Position numbers and translations under genes: made by a program
In this document: piece after piece, positions 60,808 through 64,000 of the stretch
Layout: every line of letters starts with the position of its first letter
Numbering within the stretch: position 1 is the stretch's first letter
NCBI GenBank assembly: GCA_045658265.1
Contig: JAZOUS010000023.1
Span: 2,266 to 66,265, forward strand
Length of the DNA: 64,000 nt
Direction of reading: 5' to 3'
Origin: Alistipes sp.
GTDB lineage: Bacteria > Bacteroidota > Bacteroidia > Bacteroidales > Rikenellaceae
Notes under the pieces: generated by a model
Seen by the model: the letters and a program-made list of their open reading frames with translations, nothing else
Database searches by the model: none
Told to the model about the DNA's origin: nothing

Positions 60808-60865
60808 TCTCTCAATTGTTTCAAATAAGACACAAATATAGTGTTTTTTCAGATATAACGCAAAA

Positions 60866-61588
60866 TTACTTCTGCGAATTGTGTCTTACGGGGTTGTCGC
60901 TGTTGTTTTTTTGAACTCTTGCGGCTGGACGGCTCTTGCCTGCCGCAAACTGAGGCTTCTGCTGCACGCTTTTCACTCCTGGCTTTATTGGAGGTCGCTG
61001 AACACCCTTTTGTGGACGCGCCGAAAGGTGCTGTTTATAGTCGCTTCGGAGATTATTCAAAGCAACTTCATCTATCTCGATGCCATTTTCAGACATCTGC
61101 TTTATATCTTTTATGATTACCTCGTTGTTGGGGTGCTCCTGATTATATTCAAAACTCTTGCTACGCATATAGCGAGCCAAAGCATCCACCGTGTTGTCGA
61201 TTTTTGTCTTATCCTGCTCCTCACCCAATTTGCGGAACATACGAGCCACATATTTGCCATAATGCTTGAATGCAATGCGCTCCTGCGAATATTGCATCTT
61301 GCGTGGCGTAACCATCAAATCTTCGCGTGTGGGACGTGGGTAGGGTGAATCCACATCTAATTGGAAATCAGACATTATGAATAGGTGGTCCCATAGCTTG
61401 TGGGTGAAGTCGGCCGTGTCGCGCAATGTGGGTTGCAGATTACCCATTACGTCAATTACGGCACGAGCCTGTCGATTGCGCTCCTCACGCTCTTCGATGG
61501 CCATTAGCTGATCCACCATCTCGTGAATGTGTCGTCCATACTCTGGAAGATAGAGTTTGCGACGAGTGTAGTTGTAATTTTTCTCCAT
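60866..61588 (-). CDS. DUF4290 domain protein
   Basis: LPEYGRHIHEMV, HKLWDHLFIMSDF.LDVDSPYP; start ATG 61588. Confidence 0.85.
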   Translation of the reverse strand: MEKNYNYTRRKLYLPEYGRHIHEMVDQLMAIEEREERNRQARAVIDVMGNLQPTLRDTADFTHKLWDHLFIMSDFQLDVDSPYPRPTREDLMVTPRKMQYSQERIAFKHYGKYVARMFRKLGEEQDKTKIDNTVDALARYMRSKSFEYNQEHPNNEVIIKDIKQMSENGIEIDEVALNNLRSDYKQHLSARPQKGVQRPPIKPGVKSVQQKPQFAAGKSRPAARVQKNNSDNPVRHNSQK

Positions 61589-61801
61589 ATAAAATAATCT
61601 CGATTCTCGTTTTAGCCGCCACAAGTGATGAGATTTGAGGTCTGAATTTTGTTCTTTGTGGATGCTTATAATGAATCGTTTTATCATTATGTGATAGCCA
61701 CTTACCCATAGCGAGCCTGTTACGGCCAAGATTGGAATCATCGGATAAAGCGACTATCTTTGGTTCTGCAAAGTAAATGTAAAAATCTCAAAAATCAAAA
61801 T

Positions 61802-62947
61802 ATGGCGAAGGTTTTAATTCTCGAACAATCAAAAAGTATGCGAAATATTTTGCGCGAGAGATTGGAATTCGAGGGATTTGCCACTACGGTGGCCGAAACA
61901 AAGGAGATTACGCAGAGTGCGTGTGCACGTCGTGGCTACGATGCTATTTTGGCGGGTAGCGATTATGAATCGGTTTCGCAGTTGGGCGTACCTTTTATAA
62001 TCGTGACGAATTCAGGCTCGATTGATGGGGCGGTGACGGCGGTAAAGAGCGGTGCGGAGGATTACCTCACCACGCCCGTCGATATGAATCGCCTGCTGGG
62101 TTCTCTGCGGCGAATAGTTAGTCGTGACGAGCAACAGAACGATGAGGCAGCGCCTGCGGTGGCAGCATCTCGCCCTAAACGCAAAACCTCTGGCGCTACG
62201 GAGCCTATCGTTGGCTCATCAAAGGCTATCAGTCAGGTTCGGGAGTTAATCGACAAGGTTGCCAAATCCGATGCCCGAGTGCTTATTATGGGTGAGAACG
62301 GTACGGGCAAGGAGCTTGTGGCTCGCTGGCTTCACGACAAGAGCAACCGTGCCGATGGACCTTTTGTCGAGGTCAACTGTGCAGCCATCCCGTCGGAGCT
62401 TATCGAGAGTGAGTTGTTTGGCCACGAGCGAGGAGCATTCACCTCGGCCATCAAGCAGCGAAAAGGTAAATTTGAGCAGGCCAATGGTGGTACGCTCTTT
62501 ATGGATGAGATTGGCGATATGTCGCTCTCGGCGCAGGCAAAAGTGCTAAGAGCCTTGCAGGAGAGCAAGATTAGCCGAGTGGGTAGCGATAAGGATGTGG
62601 TTGTCGATGTGAGAGTTGTGGCGGCCACCAACAAAGATATCAAGGCCGAGATTGCCCGAGGCAATTTCCGCGAAGACCTCTATCATCGTCTAAGTGTGAT
62701 TGTAATCAAAGTGCCGCCCCTGAGAGATAGGTCGGGCGACATTCGTGAGCTTGTGACTCACTTTATAGCCAAGATAGCCGACGAGCATAATATCCCCCAA
62801 AAGTCGGTCGATGAGGATGCTATGGCGGCCCTCTCGGCAATGCCCTGGACAGGAAATATCCGCGAGCTACGCAATGTGGTCGAGCGACTGATGATACTCA
62901 GCGGAAAGCATATAACGCTAAGTGATGTAGAGCTCTACTGTGTGTAG
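61802..62947 (+). CDS. Sigma-54 interaction (NtrC/NtrX-like) AAA+ regulator with a degenerate receiver domain
   Basis: GENGTGKE, ESELFGHERGAFTSA, LFMDEIG, FREDLYHRL, WTGNIRELRN; no C-terminal HTH. Confidence 0.88.
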   Translation: MAKVLILEQSKSMRNILRERLEFEGFATTVAETKEITQSACARRGYDAILAGSDYESVSQLGVPFIIVTNSGSIDGAVTAVKSGAEDYLTTPVDMNRLLGSLRRIVSRDEQQNDEAAPAVAASRPKRKTSGATEPIVGSSKAISQVRELIDKVAKSDARVLIMGENGTGKELVARWLHDKSNRADGPFVEVNCAAIPSELIESELFGHERGAFTSAIKQRKGKFEQANGGTLFMDEIGDMSLSAQAKVLRALQESKISRVGSDKDVVVDVRVVAATNKDIKAEIARGNFREDLYHRLSVIVIKVPPLRDRSGDIRELVTHFIAKIADEHNIPQKSVDEDAMAALSAMPWTGNIRELRNVVERLMILSGKHITLSDVELYCV

Positions 62948-62966
62948 AGTCCCGCCTATGGCGAGG

Positions 62967-63626
62967 CTAAAACTCCTCTAATACCCTTCTTAACTCCTCC
63001 ACAGAGCTGACTATATAGTCGGCTCTGTTCTCTTTCAGCTCCTCCACCGAGCGAAATCCCCAGCTTACACCCACCGATGTAATGCCTGCGTTGCGTGCAG
63101 TCTGAATATCTACTCCTGAGTCACCCACCATAGCCACTCGGTTGCGCTCCACTCCTGCCTTTTCGAGAATAATATCCACCAATGCTGTGTCGGGCTTCAG
63201 GGGCACCCCCTCTCTGTTGCCGCAAATCTCCACAAAGTCGATATTTGGGAAGAACTTTTTAATCAACTTCTCTGTTCCGGCCTGAAACTTATTCGATGCA
63301 ACGGCCAATTTTGCACCTTTGGCCTGCAGCTCCTCGATAAGTTCGGTGATGCCTTCGTATGGCACACTCTTCTGGTCGATATGCTCGATATAGTAATCCA
63401 CAAAATCTTTGCGGGCGGCCTTCACATACTCCTCGGTGCGAAGCTCTTCGGGAAGGGCTCGCTCCACAAGACGCATAATGCCGTTGCCCACAAACGTACA
63501 ATACTCCTCGTAGGTGTGCCCTGGCAGGCCTCTCAGCGAAAGCATATGGTCGCAACCGATAGCCAAATCGCCAATGGTGTTGAGCAGCGTGCCGTCTAAG
63601 TCAAATATGATTAGCTTATTTTTCAT
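62967..63626 (-). CDS. HAD-family phosphoglycolate phosphatase-like hydrolase
   Basis: FDLDGTL, SNK, KPD, VGDSGVD, VSWGFR; start ATG 63626. Confidence 0.88.
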   Translation of the reverse strand: MKNKLIIFDLDGTLLNTIGDLAIGCDHMLSLRGLPGHTYEEYCTFVGNGIMRLVERALPEELRTEEYVKAARKDFVDYYIEHIDQKSVPYEGITELIEELQAKGAKLAVASNKFQAGTEKLIKKFFPNIDFVEICGNREGVPLKPDTALVDIILEKAGVERNRVAMVGDSGVDIQTARNAGITSVGVSWGFRSVEELKENRADYIVSSVEELRRVLEEF

Positions 63627-64000
63627 TCTGTGAACGTTTGTAGATTTTATATCCAATGGTCGCCATAAATATCGACATCAGAGGACTTATAATATTGAAT
63701 ATGCAGTAGGGTAGATAGGTCAATGTTGCCACGCCCAGCACCGTAGATTGCGCCATACCGCACGAGTTCCAGGGGATAAGTACCGAGGTGACGGTGGCCG
63801 AGTCTTCCACGCTTCGGCTCAGGAGTCGCTGTTCCAGATCTCTATCCTTGTAGAGCTGCTTGAAGAGGTTGCAGGTGAGGATAATAGAGATATACTGGTC
63901 GCCTGTCGTGAGGTTGAAGAATATACCCGACGATACGCTCGATGCCACCACGCTCACCGTGCGGCGAGCTATGCGCAGGAACATCTGCGAGATGGCTGTA
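63616..64000 (-). CDS. nhaC: Na+/H+ antiporter NhaC family, 3' part
   Basis: TGDQYISI, LSRSVEDSATVTSVLIPWNSCG, YLPYCIFNIISP; continues beyond the window. Confidence 0.85.
   Translation of the reverse strand, partial: TAISQMFLRIARRTVSVVASSVSSGIFFNLTTGDQYISIILTCNLFKQLYKDRDLEQRLLSRSVEDSATVTSVLIPWNSCGMAQSTVLGVATLTYLPYCIFNIISPLMSIFMATIGYKIYKRSQNEK

Noticed and set aside
1-64000. CRISPR arrays, rRNA, IS elements, long tandem repeats
   Set aside because: None detected by reading the sequence.

Overview
The window looks like a Bacteroidales genome segment, Rikenellaceae/Alistipes-like by gene content and TAnnTTTG promoter motifs, and it has two parts. (1) Positions 1 to ~18.5 kb are a visibly AT-rich accessory island with all genes on the minus strand. 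It encodes a DUF445 membrane protein, two small Zn-ribbon/glycine-zipper proteins, a dynamin-like GTPase, three paralogous TRAFAC-type GTPases with a KxE variant of the G4 motif, two paralogous DxxGR adaptor-like proteins, a soluble M48 metalloprotease, a catalytically intact TPR-CHAT (caspase-like) protease and several unknown genes. This four-GTPase, two-protease cluster is the best candidate for an undescribed conflict/defence or membrane-remodelling system. (2) Positions ~18.6 to 64 kb are a more GC-rich core region: GH39, two GH92, GH28, GH127, an M23 peptidase, recX, prmC, aroC, aroA, lptB, recQ, an NCS2 permease, GT2, an RND efflux trio, OsmC, a TPR/OMP pair, tRNA-fMet, an hdrC-B-A-C-D-like cluster, folA, thyA, lpxH, TlpA, DUF4290, an NtrC-like protein, a HAD phosphatase and a partial nhaC. 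No CRISPR array, rRNA or integrase/transposase was seen. All calls come from motif recognition by eye; no database searches were run.
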